From positions 82,956,001 through 83,020,000 of the forward strand of contig OZ024744.1 of assembly GCA_964016885.1 (NCBI GenBank): a stretch of DNA of 64,000 nt. The letters run 5' to 3'. Position numbers and translations under genes: made by a program. The notes below the pieces were generated by a model. The model saw only the letters and a list, made by a program, of their open reading frames with translations, was not told the DNA's origin and did no database searches. Positions 42,421 to 57,407 of the stretch are shown in pieces (position 1 is the stretch's first letter; every line of letters begins with the position of its first letter). Origin of the DNA: Eledone cirrhosa (taxonomy: Eukaryota).

Positions 42421-43931
42421 AAGCTAAGAGTAAAGGCGTGAAAGCGTCACTTGCTGTGTAGTTAGTTACCATGGTGATATCTGTCTTTCACATACAGTCT
42501 CTCTCTCTCTGTATTTCTGCTAATATTTCGTATGGAAAAAATAGTTTCGATTTACGAACATAATTTCGATTTAGGAATGAATTGGATTCATTAACAGTGG
42601 TTTCACTGTATTCACAAAAAACAACATTAATATCTGCTTCACTAAAATCGTCTCTAATATCATCAAGATCTACAAATAAAAATCTTACAATCAAACGTAG
42701 AAAGAAATTGAACATTAAAGCTTTGGCTCTAAAGATCAAATTCCACAAGAAAAGAGTTGTACACCAGGCTGATATATCCCTCGGTGTCGCAGTAACAATC
42801 AACACGGTCCGTACATATAATTCCTTCAGAAACTGCCAGCACTGATTAAACAAGGGCAGATAAGATCTATGACCTTTGCCTTACAGAGAATCTTCACTTC
42901 CATCACTATTACCCTCACAGTACCCACAAAAACGAAACGAACTAGTTTCTACTTGCCACCAGATGCCTAAACTTCTCAAAAATATGACTTTCATGCATGA
43001 CGAAATTAAAATAACGATCGACACCTTCTATGTTGCCCAGTGCCATCTTTGTCCTTCCCAATCAGCTGGTATGAGAGGAGGAACGACTGATCAAAACAGC
43101 ATCTTTCCTTTTAATTTCTTTCGAGATAATGTCTTTTCGCTAAACATGCTAATCATTTATTAATACTAATATTTAAATATTCCCCCGAATTCCACGTCCA
43201 TTTCTGTAAGCTCCTCTTCTACTAGTTATTTATCTTTCTCGAGGGTCCACCCCATCTCCTCAAACTCTACTCGCCACTAATTGCCCCTGTGCATTATTAT
43301 CCGCCAACTCATCTCTTCTTCCAAAATTGTTGTCTGCACACCTTACATACCTCCTATCCACTTGTTCCTTAAATTTTACATAATCAACAACTCTGGCCGT
43401 CACGGCGACTCAGTTATCAACTGCTCCAATGAGCGTATTTCTATATATCTAGGTACCATGGTTTCACAATTAATCACCGACGTCCAATCCACATTCATCA
43501 TACTAATCATACACTCTTGCATTTTACTTCTCTTGGACATTTTTGTTTTCTCTTCGCCAAAAATGTCACTTCTTTCTCTATCGCCTCCCCTCATGATGAC
43601 GATCTCTGCAATCTCCAAACCACTCTCTCGAACTACATCGAACTCTCTCATCTAGCAAATCCACTTTTCTCTACCTTGCTGACATCGTTTTCACACTTAA
43701 TCGTGTTTCTTTACCGGAGCTTTACACCATCAAGTCACTGCATGGGGATGGGAATTGGAATGGGCGAAACAAGGCTAACTTGTTCATTGTTTATATTGCG
43801 ACTCGTATCCTCTCACAATTTACTATATATTTCTGTCTCTCGATCACTCGTGTCCAATTTTCTGTATCCAAATGTAATTTACACGATTTTATGGTCACTT
43901 GCGTGGGAACGAACACTTTACAAATTATATA

Positions 43932-43971
<40 letters not shown>

Positions 43972-44025
43972 TATGTATATAGATATATATAGATATATAG
44001 ATATATATAGATATATATATAGATA

Positions 44026-44830
44026 TGTTTCTTTATTAGCCACAGGGGTACAAAAGAAGGGGACAAATACAAAGGGGGAAGTTTACATACAATAAAAACG
44101 TGTAAAATGCTATCACAAAAGTAATTTAAAAATTAATCGATATTCCCCAATAGGGGGAGACATTTCATATGGGTAACACATACCCCCCAAAAAATGTGCA
44201 GTCCTCAACTCCAGGAGTACGAAGAGTTTGTACCCTTTTCTATATTCCTCTTTTTCTTCAACCTACAGGCTGATATAGAGAGAAGGCCCATTACCTCCGG
44301 CCATTCTCGCCACTTTCACACACCTTTCATAAAACTTGCTGGGGTACAGCACCTCTCTCTCCATCCCGATTCTTCTTCCAAAGTGATATTTGAAAAAAAG
44401 AATCAGTTGTTGGCCGGAGAGAAATGTGTATGACCTCAGCCCTTTTAACCTCGTCCACCATACAACCGCTTTCGCCATAGCTATCACACAAAGTAAAACC
44501 GCCTCTCCTTCGTTTTTGAAGGAGGGTGGCGGTTTGATTATGACAATGGACTCGGTGGTCAACCGGATTGGTCCCACCCGCGACAATAGTCGATCTACAT
44601 AGCCCCACAGATCGGTAACGCCCGGGCAGTGTATGAATGCGTGCGCGACGGTTTCTTCGTCTCGCACGCATCTCGGACAGATCTTTTTCGAAGGGTCCCT
44701 GCCCGGGCGCCCATGTCTGTAGAGCTTGTCTCGAACTGGTAAAGCTCCTCGGTAGCACTGCCAGGCCAGGGACTTTTGGAAGTTGTCCAACGGTCGCGGG
44801 CGGATGGTCCTACCGAACAGACTGGCCAAT
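44026..44830 (-). mobile_element. 5'-truncated Tx1 LINE (ORF2 C-terminus + 3' UTR)
   Basis: ORF 44263..44829 LAWQCYRGALPVRDKL..CPRCVRDEETVAHAFIHC. 3' end ctgtggctaataaagaaa. Confidence 0.88.
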
Positions 44831-44856
44831 TCATCTTCCTCTACGCAAATAAAGAA

Positions 44857-44953
<97 letters not shown>

Positions 44954-44971
44954 ATAGATAGATAGATAGAT

Positions 44972-47900
44972 CAACCCCTGCCAGAAACCCACCAACCGTG
45001 TCCTGTTAAAATATTTCCTCACCCCACCCAACACCCCATCCAGCACCCAAATGAAGATTGAACAACCCGATCTCCAGGAAACGAAAAGGTAAGTGCACCT
45101 TTTCGTCCTTTTCGCCAACTCTTCTCCACCAACATGGTTAGTTTACAAGTTAGAAGCGTGAATGTGCGTGGCCTAGGGATGCCCTGGAAACAGGGCCAAC
45201 TTTTAAACGACCTTAGGTCACACGGTATGGATGTGATAGCCATCACCGCGTCCAGGATCCACAACAGGCAGCAACTAACCCCTATCTTCGACGACTTTGA
45301 GATCTACGCATCTCTCTCTGTCAGCCAGGAGGTGTAGGTGGAGTGGCTGTCATGTTTCGGAAGAACCTGGACGTCGAAGTACAGCAAGTACACTTGGACC
45401 CGGAGGGTAGACTGGTAGTCCTAGACGTGAACAGTATTGGAGGTGGAGCCTTCAGACTGATGGCCGTTTATGCCCCGACCGGGCAATCGCTATCACAGCC
45501 ATACTTCTTTAAGCGTGTAGAGTCTTTTCTGGGAACGTCTCGCTCCTTACTTTTAGTGGGGGACTGGAATGGTATCCTAGATGCACGATTGCACTATGTG
45601 GGAGGTGGTGGAACAGCCTCAAAACTTTAATCGGTCAATTCCAACTGGCCGATAGGTATCGACTGGATTTCCCGACTGCACAACAGCGGTCGTGGGCAAA
45701 CCGCAACGGAACATCTAGATCGTATTTAGATAGGTTCTTCATTAGAGAAAAAGACAAGGAGATATTAAGCTGTCCACGAATGCACATGGTTGCCTATTCA
45801 GATCACAAATTAGTCGTCTGCATAGTCAGCCGTGACAGAACACATAGACAGGGACCCGGATACTGGAAGCTGAACGAGTCGTTGCCGGCACGTAAAGCTT
45901 ACAGTGAACGGATAAGTAGACTAGTCAAGCAACAGTTAACGGGAGCCATCGTCAACAATAGATGGTGGTACATTCTCAAGAAAGGAATTTAGAGTAGAAT
46001 CGATAGGGTTTAGCTGAGAGTTGGCCTTAGAGAAAAACATAATAGAAAGAGAACTAGTATCTAAGGTAGAGGAGGCACTTAGAAGTGACAACGCAGTTAG
46101 AGTGTTAGCGTCGAGAACGACACTGGACCAGATCTTCGATGCGAAACACGAAGGCTGCGTGGTCAGAAGCAAAACACGCGCTCTAGGAAACGAAGGAGCG
46201 AAAGCTGTCAGCTGGGCCCGAGTGGCGAAGGAAAAAGTGGCAACAAGTCCACGATTCGGTCTTTAAAAGACCAAAACGGACGCGTGCTACTTGGCCCTAA
46301 ACAAATGTGCGCGGCCTTTCAGCAGCAGTTTGCGCGACTGTTTGAGCAGAACGACGGTGAGTCGAACGACGTAATAGACTTTAGTTCATACCTCGACGGC
46401 CTGCCGCGTCTCTTTAACACGGACGCCGAGTTCTGCGAAAGACTGATCACGGACACTGAGATACGCGACGCTCTGGGCCACTGCGGGAAACAGGAGAACG
46501 GGAGAATTCCCAGTTCTGCAGGCAAGGGCGTAGTAACGCTGATCAGGAAAGACGAGAACAAGAGGGACGAAATTAACAACTTCAGGCCCATAACTCTGCT
46601 CAACACAGAGTTAAAGATATTGGCCACGGTGCTAGCGAGGTGGTTGGCACTTGTCTTCGAGAACCTGGTAGGGAAATCGCAAACGTGTGCAATCCCGACC
46701 AGGTCCATACACGACAACCTCCACCTCGTGCGATACATCATAGAGAGGATGGGTAGTAAACCCGGCTTTGGTGGGGCTCTGTTCAACTTGGATCAGTCTA
46801 AGGCATTCGATAGGGTCGACCATCGATACTTGGAAGCGGTTCTCAAGGCGGCCAGTTTCGGTCCCGTGTTCAGAGGATGGATCGAGGCGATGCACACCAG
46901 CATCTGCTCGAGAGTCAAGGGGAACGGCTACCTATCGGAGCCGTTCGCAATCACGAGTTCATTTGACAGGGGTGCCCTCTCTCCTCCATTCTGTATGAAT
47001 TGACTCTAGAACCACTACTGCGGAAAGTGGAGCTGTTGCAGGGCATCCCTCTAGAACCGGGACTGCGCAAAGCGACGTCGGCTTATGCGGACGACGTCAC
47101 GGTAATGGTGTCGAGCACCTCGGAAATCGGGGTGATCGGCAACTTACTTAAAGAATACGAAACGCTGACGGGAGCAAAACTAAACCCGGACAAGTCTGTC
47201 GGTTTGCAACTCGGTACATGGAGAGGCAAACCGATGACGTCCGACAGCGTCGTTGGACGCTGGACGGACGGACCGATGAAATTGCTCGGGGTTTGGTTCG
47301 GTCCAGACCTCCAGGTGGAGAAAAACTGGAACGAAGTCACGGCCAAGGTGTTTGCACTCACACAGAAGAGGGCAAGATGCAAACTGTCCTTGAAAGGTCA
47401 AGCGGAGGTGGCGAACACTTTCATAGCGTCCGTCATCTACTACCGCTTGACTGTCCTGCCTTGTCCCCGTGAACACCTCGCCAAGATGGAATGCATGCTC
47501 TTCCAGTTTCTGTGGAAGAGGTAGACTCCGACGGTGAGGAGATCCGTCTACTGTCAGCACCCTTCCAACGGAGGGCTGGGAATGCTGTGGCTGATGATGC
47601 GCAAGCATGCGCTGAGGCTGCGGCATCTCCAGGTATTCGTCACCGACCCCCAACCGGTGTGTGCACCGTTTGTGAGACAGGCTTTCCCGCAGATCGTCTC
47701 GCTGACGGAGCTGCAGTCCTTGGTCAAGAAAAGACCGAAAATGATGGGCGCCTGGCACATTGAATGCGCTCAGGCGCTCACAGTCCTCTGGCAAGCGGGC
47801 ACAGCAATCAGTGGAGACTCCACTTCGACATTCTATAGAGGAATTGTACGTTACAAGGCCGACGACGTGCTCGGAGAGACTCTGGGCGTCGAAGACGATG

Positions 47901-48680
47901 AGCTCACGAGTCTGTTTGGTAGACCTATGAATAACTTCCAGATGTCCCTGGCCTGGCAGTGCTAGCGAAGAGCTCTACCGGTGCGTGACAAGATCTACAG
48001 GCACGGAAGCCCCGGCAGGGATCCTTCCAAGAGGACGTGTCCAAGATGCGCGCAGGACATTAAAACAGTCCTGCACGCAATTGTACACTGCCCGGGCGTA
48101 ACCGAGCTGTGGAACTATGCAGAACAACTGCTGTCGCGTATGGGACAAATCAAGTTGACTGCCGAGTCCATAGTAAGGATCAAACCGCCAGCCTCTTTCA
48201 AAAACGAAAGAGAGGCGGTTTTCCTCTGTACGGTGGCTATGGTGAAAAAGTTATATGGTGGACGAGATTGAGAGGACTGAGGACAGATGCCTTTCAATCC
48301 TGACAACAATTGATTCCCTTCTTTAAGTATCACTTTAGAAGGAGAATCAGGGTGGAGAGAGAGGCACTGCACCCCAGTAAAGTGGGTGAATGAAGCGAAA
48401 ATGGCCCGAGTGATTGAGCTTTCTCTGTTTATGAGCCTGTAGGTTGAAGAGAGCAAAACGAAGAAAGGTGCACTTGCACAACACGCTCCTGAAGTTGAGG
48501 GTTGTTCTATCGACGCGGTATTAAACAACCCATTTGTGGCGCCTCCCCTCTATTGGGGATTTCGATTGTTTTAATTGTTTGTTTTTATGTTTTTTACACG
48601 ACTGTATGTAAAATCCCGCATATCTTTGTATTGTCCCCTATCTTGGGCGCCCTTGTGGCTAATAAAGAAATATATCTATC
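44972..48680 (+). mobile_element. Tx1 LINE lacking most of ORF1, flanked by (TATC)/(GATA)n
   Basis: APE-RT-zf-RVT motifs in order, a 3' UTR with AATAAA, then tatctatc. Confidence 0.92.
45134..48442 (+). pseudogene. Tx1 ORF2, disrupted
   Basis: MVSLQVRSVNVRGL, AVYAPT, GDWN, SRSYLDR, SDHK, GPGYWKLN, NFRPITLLN, DQSKAFDRVDH, AYADDVT, CPRC..HAIVHC. Several stops and frameshifts. Confidence 0.9.
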
Positions 48681-48699
48681 TCATAGATAGATAGATAGA

Positions 48700-49832
48700 T
48701 TTCTTTATTTGCCACAAGGGCGCACAAGAAAAGGGGACAATACAAAGACATGCCGGGGATTTTACATATAGTCGTGTAAAAAATATAAAAACAAACAATT
48801 ACAACAATCGAAATATCCAATAGGGTGAAGCGCCGCAAATGGGTTGTTTACTACCTCGTCGATAGAACAACCTTCAACTCCAGGAGCGTGTTTTGCACGT
48901 GCTCCTTTCTTCCTTTTGCTCACTTCTTTAACCTACAGGCTTATAAACAGAGAAGGCGCAATCACTCGGGCCATTTTCGCTTCATTCACCCACTTTACTG
49001 GGGTGCAGTGCCTCTCTCTCCACCCTGATTCTCCTTCTAAAGTGATACTTAAAGAAGGGAATCAATTGTTGTCAGGATTGAAAGGCATCTGTCCTCAGTC
49101 CTCTCAACCTCGTCCACCGAATAACTTCGTTCACCATAGCCACCGTACAGAGGAAAACCGCCTCTCTTTCGTTTTTGAAAGAGGCTTGCGGTTTGATCCT
49201 TACTATGGACTCGGGGGTCAACTGGATTTATCCCATACGCGTCAGCAGTTGTTCTGCATAGTTCCACAGGGTAATTGCGTGCAGGACGGTTTCAATGTCC
49301 TGCGCGCATCTTGGACACGTCCTCTTGGAAGGATGCCTGCCGGGGCGTCCGTGCCTGTAAATCTTGTCACGAACTGGTAGAGCTCCTCGGTAGCACTGCC
49401 AGGATAGGGACCCCTGGAAGTTGCCCATAGGTCCCAGGCGGAAAGTCCTACCAAATAGACCTGTGACCTCATCGTCTTCGACGTCCAGAGTCTCTCCGAG
49501 CCCGTCGTCGCCCTTGTAATGTAAAATCCCTCTATTGAATGTCGAAGTGGAGTCTCCACTGATTTCTGTGCCCACTTGCCAGAGGACTGTAAGCGCCTGA
49601 GCGCATTCAATGTGCCAGGCGCCCATCGTTTTCGGTCTTTTCTTGACCAAGGACTGCAGCTCCGTCAGCGAGACGAGCTGCGGGAAAGCCTGTCTCACAA
49701 ACGGTGCCCACACCGGTTGGGGGTCGGTGAGGAATACCTGGAGATGCCTCAGCTTCAGCGCATGTTTGCGCATCATCAGCCACGGCATTCCCAGTACCCT
49801 GTTGGAAGGGTGTTGACAGATGACGGATTTCA
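48700..49832 (-). mobile_element. 5'-truncated Tx1 copy, tail-to-tail with 44972-48680
   Basis: Reverse complement of ~47545-48670 with scattered substitutions (ORF 49228..49881 vs 47534..47965). Confidence 0.9.
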
Positions 49833-50341
49833 TCACCAGCCGATGCAGCCCGTCGGGCCTCTGTAGCATCAGTTCCCCCACCCCTGTAATTTTAAGATAG
49901 AATTGGTAGAATATGTTTTACTGACTACTTATAGCAGACGTGTGAAACCCCTTTAATTTTGTATCAGTTCTGGTACTACTCAATTTCTACAAGTTTTTTC
50001 TATTCTCAACTTATTAACCTGTAATTGTAAGATAGCATTGTGATTTTTTTTTATTCATTTCTCACTATATATATATTTTTTTTCTATTATCTTTTATTGT
50101 CTCCTACTCTCATTCGATTTACCTATTCCGTAACCTTCCTCCTACACTTCATACACTATCCTTAGAATCTGCTGTATACATATGACTTTCAACGCTTGAC
50201 CGCTCCACTCACTCCCCTATTGTTCTACAGGCAAGTTCGCCACCCTTACCTCCCACCAAATGCCATGATAGACTTATTTGTGTTTACAACAAATTTTAAC
50301 CAATCCTCTTGACAACTACAATCTTCCCATATCAAGAAATA

Positions 50342-50435
50342 CCCCCTGACAAGTTCGGCTATTTATTCACCAGGCTAAAAATTCTAATTTAGTTCAGAAA
50401 TAGCCGTCGAAACGGCTTGAGCTCTGCCGTCAGGG
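50342..50435 (+). ncRNA. Type I hammerhead motif with long stems II/III (core decayed in this copy)
   Basis: cccc CTGACAA gtt cggctattt..aaatagccg tc GAAA cggc ttgagctct gccg TC aggg. Sister copies read gggg in stem I. Confidence 0.6.
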
Positions 50436-50527
50436 TCATACTTTTTCCTATTTCCCACTCTACTACCCTAAGTATTGAGTTCTCTGGTGCGTTATGGTCC
50501 ATCTGGTTCCTTACCACAATTCCTTTG

Positions 50528-50572
<45 letters not shown>

Positions 50573-50693
50573 TATCTATATATCTAAAGCCATCACTACA
50601 CACACACAACAAACAAATACACACACACACACACATATATATATGTGATACATAAATATATACGTATATATATATATATAGATACGTACATAC

Positions 50694-50727
<34 letters not shown>

Positions 50728-51205
50728 CCTTATGTGCATATGTGACGGTGTGTGTGTATGTAATTTCTAAGAGAAGGATCAATCGGCTACCAACTATTAT
50801 TTATTGAACATCTTTCAAGAAATAAAACATAGTAACATAGACAGTATCAAAGAAGGAATCAGTCAGCCAAAGTAAAAGAGATTCTTCAATCAGTTTCAGA
50901 TCTCCGTTCCATAAATTGTTATAGTTGCAAAGACTGAAAGAAAGCTCAGATTAATACTACATGTATGTATGTATGTATGTATGTATGTATGTATGTATGT
51001 ATGTATGTATGTATGTATGTATGTATGTATGTATGTATGTATGTATGTATGCATGTATGTATGTATGCGTGTACGTATGTATGCGTGTACGTATGTATGT
51101 ATGTATGTGTTGTGTGTATGTATGTTTGTAAGTATGCATGAACACACATATACATGTATATGTATATTTGTGTATACACACACAGACACACACATATACA
51201 TACAT

Positions 51206-51240
<35 letters not shown>

Positions 51241-51918
51241 GTTCAAGAAATGACAAGGAAAACACTGAGATGTAAAAATGCACATACACATACGTATATA
51301 TGTATGTATACGTGTGTGTGTGTGTGTTGGTATGTACTCTGCATAAGGTAATATGTATATATATGTATAGGTATCCTTTTCTATTGAGACCTTCAAAAGC
51401 ACATAGCTCCAGGTTCGATCGCCGTTCAAGGAACATTAGACAGTGTATTTTCTTTACAGTCTCAAGGTGAGAGATATTTATTGGCCGGAAATAAGATTGC
51501 TTGTCCTCTTGTTCTTACTTCTTTTTATAATTCTATTGCTTTTTCTATCTCTCATTCTAACTTCGAATGATGGAGCCAAATCTGAAACTTTAAGACCTTT
51601 CCCTATTGCATCTTGTGTTAAAGAAATATAACTTTGATAACTTTGATAGGCTTCGGCCAGTATTGGCCCAGGCAATGTATAACTTATATTGTTGTTCTGT
51701 ATCGTTTTCTGTGCTGATTTTCGTCGTTGAATTTTCGCTTACATACATACATACATACATACGTGTACACACAGACACACACACGCACCACATACATACG
51801 TATACATATATTAATACACACATGCATACATATATACATGCATGCATACATACGTACACAAATACATAGATATATGCGTGCATATATATATGTATAGATA
51901 TATGCATAGATATATGCA

Positions 51919-51990
<72 letters not shown>

Positions 51991-52176
51991 TAAACGGAAT
52001 AGAAAATGCTGACAAATTGTTCACAGTTGAAAAATGGTTTAATTAGGAATAAAAGAGTATTAGTGATTGTATGGGTTAGTATTCAGTTGTGGTTTTAAGT
52101 TTTTAAGTTTTTACCGGTTGCGCATTTCTAAATGCTTTTCAAAAATAATTTTGAGATAGAGTGTCCGTGCTGTTTG

Positions 52177-52246
<70 letters not shown>

Positions 52247-52286
52247 TGATAGATATATACATAGATATATACATAGATATATGCAT

Positions 52287-52330
<44 letters not shown>

Positions 52331-54480
52331 ATGCACCAGTGTCCAGGTTGATTTTTTGGTCCTGCCAATGTTTCATATTCCTCTGTGAAGTTGCCGACCA
52401 CATCGATTTTCGAGGTATTCTACACCATCATGCGTTTGCCAACGCACCATTTTCATGTCCTGACTCAAGCGGGATACCCTACAACAGCCTCATGTTCCGC
52501 ATCCGCAGTAGTGGCTCGTATCTCATTACGTATAGAAGGGAGGAGTGAGGGCTTCCATGAAGGACTGAGTGTGTGATCTGGAACGATTCCAATACGTTGC
52601 CATTTACTTTAACCACCGAACAGAAGCTAATGTGCATTACAGTGATCGAGCCATTAGAGATATAGGACCGAAGCCAGCTGCCTTGAGGACATCGTCCAGG
52701 TATCAATGGTAGCCCATATCAAAAACTTTTAATTGATCCATAATAATCAGAGCCCTGTCGAAGCATTGTTTACTCACTACCCTCTATAATTTATCGCATG
52801 AGGCGCAGGTTGTCGTGTATGGAACTAGCCAGGATTGCGCAAGTTTGTGCCTCCACCACCAGAGTCTTTATGACATGTTCAAACCTTCTTGCTAGCACCT
52901 TGGCCAAAATCTTAAACACCGTGTTGAGCAGAGTTATGGGCTGCAAAATATTTACAACGTCCCTCTTATTCTCGTCTTTCCTCATCATTTTTACTACCCC
53001 CACCTCGTGCGATAAATCATACAGAACTGGGAATTATCCAGTTATACTGCCAGTTGTAGTGGACGGCGTTGAGGAGATCGGAAAACAAGTTTGGCATGCC
53101 TACGTAAAGCTCGCAGGGCAGACAATACAAACCGAGTGATTTGCTCTTCGTGCAGCCGGCCAGACCTCCAGAGTATCGGCTGCTGTTATCGGTTTTTCGT
53201 TGTACTCCGCACCAGACTCTGAGAATCGGGTTAGGTCGTAAAAGTAGGAAGTGTAGTTCGCTACCATATTCGATCCCCCGATCACCCGAAACAGTTGTGA
53301 AGAATGCTGCTGAAAAGCTGCAGACATCTGCTTTGATTCAAGCAGCACGTGCCTGTCACGGTTTGGAAAAGACTGAATTGTGGTTTTCATACCACTTTAC
53401 GTCTTTGCCACTCGGTTCCATCGAACAACATTCGTTCCCACATTCCTTAGATTAAGCGCTTTAGCTCTGACAATGTAACCTACGTGTATCGCGTTGAAGA
53501 TATGATCTAGAGCGGTTCTCGTATCTAGCACATCTGTTGCAATGCCGTTCCTAATCGCCTCATCTAATTTAGCTACTGACTCTCCCTATGTTCTAGTTTT
53601 TCCTAACGCTACGTCTTTACTATAGGCTATCAAGTACATTCTAATCGCTTTCTTGAGAGCTCCTCACCACTTTTTGTTGACGACTGCTCCTGTCGGTACT
53701 TAAGTAATGTTATAATCCGGTCGCTGTAGGCTTTACGTGCCCTAAATGGTGCTTTAAACTTCCAGTAAGCGGATCCCTGTCTATGCGTTGTATCTAGGCC
53801 GACTATGCAGATCACGTACTTGTGATCAGAATAGGCAACCGTTTGAAATTGTAGACACCCTATGCTGTCCCTATCGGCTAACCTAATAAAAAAAAAGCTA
53901 TCCAAATACAATTTAGATTACCTTATGCGATTGATCTAGGCCCTCACTGGCACATTCAGCAAATATAGTCGTTACTGTTGGACAGTTGAAATTGCCTGAT
54001 CTGGTCCTTGAGGCTTTTGCAAACCCTATTTCTCTAAGCTACACATATAGAGACCTAGCATCCGTCCAAGATGCCATTCCAGTTTCCCGCTAAGAATAAA
54101 TGGCGAGACTTTCTTAGAAAAGCTTTTTTACGCCCAGTTGGGACGTAGACGACCATCAGTTTAATAGCACGACCATCGTTATTTTTCTTGTCCAAGACCA
54201 CCAAGTTACGGTCCAGGTCGAGGAAGATCGACCGTACCTTGAGAATCAGGCGTTTCCTAAATATCACTGCCACTCCATCTTCCATTCCAGGCCGACTAAG
54301 AGATGTAAAGATCTCAAATTCGTAAGGATTGGGGTTGAGAGCGCGTGTATCAGAAATCCTGGTTTCGATGACTGCAGTTACATCTGTAGATACTTCCCTG
54401 AGGGCGTTCAGCAAGCGACCTTGCTTCCAGGACGACCCCAAGCCATATACCTTTATACACCTTACTCTTAGAATTGCCAT
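52331..54480 (-). mobile_element. Older, heavily degenerate Tx1 ORF2 (APE + RT)
   Basis: MAILRVRCIKVYGLGSSWKQG, AYSDHKY, GSAYWKF, QPITLLNTVFKILAKVLARR, SIHDNLRLMR. Low-complexity 55500-55950 may be an ORF1 remnant. Confidence 0.85.
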
Positions 54481-56149
54481 GTTGGATGGTTAGTGTAATG
54501 AGAATAAATGGATGGGGGGGGGGGGGGTAATGGGTGGTTCGATCTCCATATTTGGTGGCCTTTACGTTAGCGATTCCCGTGCCGATGAGGACGTTTTCCT
54601 TAATGTTTTTATAGTTTTTCCTTAAAGTTATTCTCCCTTGTTACGAAAGTTGTATAACGAATTAATCTATTTGAATCGGGATCACAGAAGGTTTGATGGC
54701 CGGACCATCAGTTTGAACAGCGCTGAAATTCCTGCGTATTGCTTTGTTCTAGCTATGTGCTCTACGTCGAATATAATGTGCTTCAGTGCTCTTTTGCATT
54801 CACTTTGTGGCGTCATTTCTGCCCATCTGGATTTTATCATAATATAATAAAGGGAGGAGGGCGGGACTGGGTCCTGAATATATATTTTTTATCCCGTTTG
54901 TAAAATAAGTTTGATTACTTTGAATAAATAATGAATGAATATTACAGAATTTATCTACTAAATTTCGTAACTCTTGATTAAATATAAATAATTTTATTGC
55001 TTATTGCTTATTTCATGATTCACTTCTTTACATTTTTCAAATGTCAACACTTCCGGTTAGCGCCCGTTATATTATAAAACTTATTACGTCGCTTGTATAA
55101 ACGTTCATATATTTCCGTCGCTAATTTTCTCCCAATGCAGTTTATATATAATATCTTCTCTTTTTAAGTGTATCATGGATTACTTTGCTGATTACAGAAG
55201 AGAGTATAACACAGTCTCTCTTCAATTTCTGTGGATATTCTCAATTACGATTTTATTTGACGTATTATATCTAAATGCATATATATTTGCGTATAATATC
55301 AATACGCACACTACACATACTAGCAGAAAAACCATCCGAAGGGTGATTTTTCTGCTAGTACTGTTAATTACGTACATGACGTCTTTTTCTACTTTGCCGC
55401 CAACACTACGTGCGGGACGGCTATTCCGGTCTTGTGTTTTGCCGCTTTATAAATTTGTCGGTTTGTGTCAAAAGGTCGTCCTTGTTTTTAATATCAAGGG
55501 TAAATAATACGGCTACTTTTGCAGCCGGGGTTGCGAATATGTTGTTACTGTTTATGTTATTGTTGTTGTTGCAGTTACTGTTGTCGCCATTTTTTTTGCT
55601 GCTGGTTTGTGTTTCATTTTGTTGTTGTTGTCGTGATGGTGTTGCTGGTGATGGTTTTGCTGTGCTAGATGGTGAATGTAGTGCAGTTGGTTTTGACTGT
55701 GCTTACTATTATGGCGATTGGAACGTCGGCTTTCAAGAAATCAAGTTTATGTAAACCTTCTGCTGGATGGGATATTTGGTTTTGGTTTTGGTTATTGTCG
55801 TCGTTGTTGTGGCTGTTGTTGTTGTTGATGTTAGTACTGTCACTGTAGTTAACGCTATTGCGGCTGCTGCTGCTGCTGTTTCTGCTGTTCTTGTTGCTGT
55901 TAATGTCACTTTTCAAAGGTTCCCGTCATGTTTTCGGTTCCGTCGTGTTTTTTTTTGTTTGTTAAGAAGCAACAAAATAAATACAATTTTAGCCTTTTAT
56001 GGATCAAACCAACGCCAAAAAATAGTCACTTCCTTCGGAGGTTGGGTGGTTTAGTCGCAGAAATAAATAAAATTTCCAAAGAAAGAAGTTTCAAAAATGG
56101 GTGAAACACCACAAAACATTCAGTGTGACGTACAGAGACAAGAGGCGGG

Positions 56150-56515
56150 GGGGGGGGGGGCGTCGATTATATCGAACCCATTGCGTTAATTGTATTGTAT
56201 TTTATCGACCCCGTAAGGATGAAAGGCAAAGCAAACCTCGACGTGAATTGAAATCAGACCATAAAATGGATATAACTCTATGTCGCAAAGAAAGTATGTT
56301 GCCCGACGATCTACCGACAATGCCAATAATAATAATTGTTTCTACTTTTGGCACAAGGCCAGCAATTACTACAGTGTATTACTAGTTCTTTATTTTATCG
56401 ACCCCCGTAAGGATGAAAGGCAAAGTTAACCTCGGCGGGATTTGAACTCAGACTGTAAAGGGACATAACTCTATGCTGCAAAGTATGGTGTCCGATCCTC
56501 TACCGATACTGCCAA
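56150..56515 (-). mobile_element. Two tandem tRNA-derived SINE copies
   Basis: Same family motifs (ttatcgaccccgtaaggatgaaaggcaaag...ggatttgaactcag). Confidence 0.8.
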
Positions 56516-56831
56516 TGAAAGATTGAGTAATTATATTCTTTAAAGAGGTTTCTATAAAATTAAACAAATGTAAAGAGAGCAACAAAATATTATAACCTTT
56601 CTCTCGCAACATTATTCATCCATAGTAGAATTGATATATCATAGCTTAAATCTTGAATCAAGCAAGCAATGATTAATACTGTTGATTTTTGTGTTTTCCG
56701 AGCAGATAAAAATGATTAAAGATGGAATGTAGGTAATATGGAATCATTATAAACACGTATATATTTACAAAGATATACGCATACAGTAACCCCGATTCCA
56801 CACATATATATATATATATATTCACCCCCCC

Positions 56832-56985
<154 letters not shown>

Positions 56986-56989
56986 TATA

Positions 56990-57187
56990 ACGAAGGAAAT
57001 GTGGTAAGGAACCAGATGGACCATAACGCACCAAAGTACTCAATACTTAGGGTAGTAGAGTGGGTAATAGGAACGAGTAGGACCCCGACGGCTGAGTTCA
57101 AGCCGTTTCGACGGCTAATTCTGGACTGAATTCAGTCCAGAATTAGCCGTCGAAACGGCTTGAGCTCAGCTGTCGGGGTCCTACTCG

Positions 57188-57190
<3 letters not shown>
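56990..57190. mobile_element. PLE terminal repeat ending in a 120-bp palindrome
   Basis: 57071-57190 is a near-perfect palindrome centred on GAA|TTC. Same family as 10570-10672, 50390-50525, 62889-63072 and 63720-63904. Confidence 0.8.
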
Positions 57191-57221
<31 letters not shown>

Positions 57222-57287
57222 GATTATGGAATACTGTTGGCTTCTTTCTACAATACTTTCTATACCTTTCATTTATATATATTTATA

Positions 57288-57407
57288 TTATTCTGATGAA
57301 ATGACAGTAAATAATAACATTGAAATATTGAATGTCTGCATAACTAAAAGTTTGTAGATAGCAGCTGTTTTAGGTTACGTAACTGTTATAGAAACACGTG
57401 TCAATAA
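57288..57407 (+). ncRNA. Type I hammerhead motif with long stem II insertion
   Basis: ttatt CTGATGA a atgacagt...actgttat a GAAA cacgtg TC aataa. Palindromic CACGTG stem III and a GUC triplet. Confidence 0.72.

Noticed and set aside
42600-43700. Possible ancient LINE ORF1/endonuclease remnant or host exon
   Set aside because: Only faint motifs (VRTYNSFRNCQH, PYIPP) are visible, too degenerate to call.
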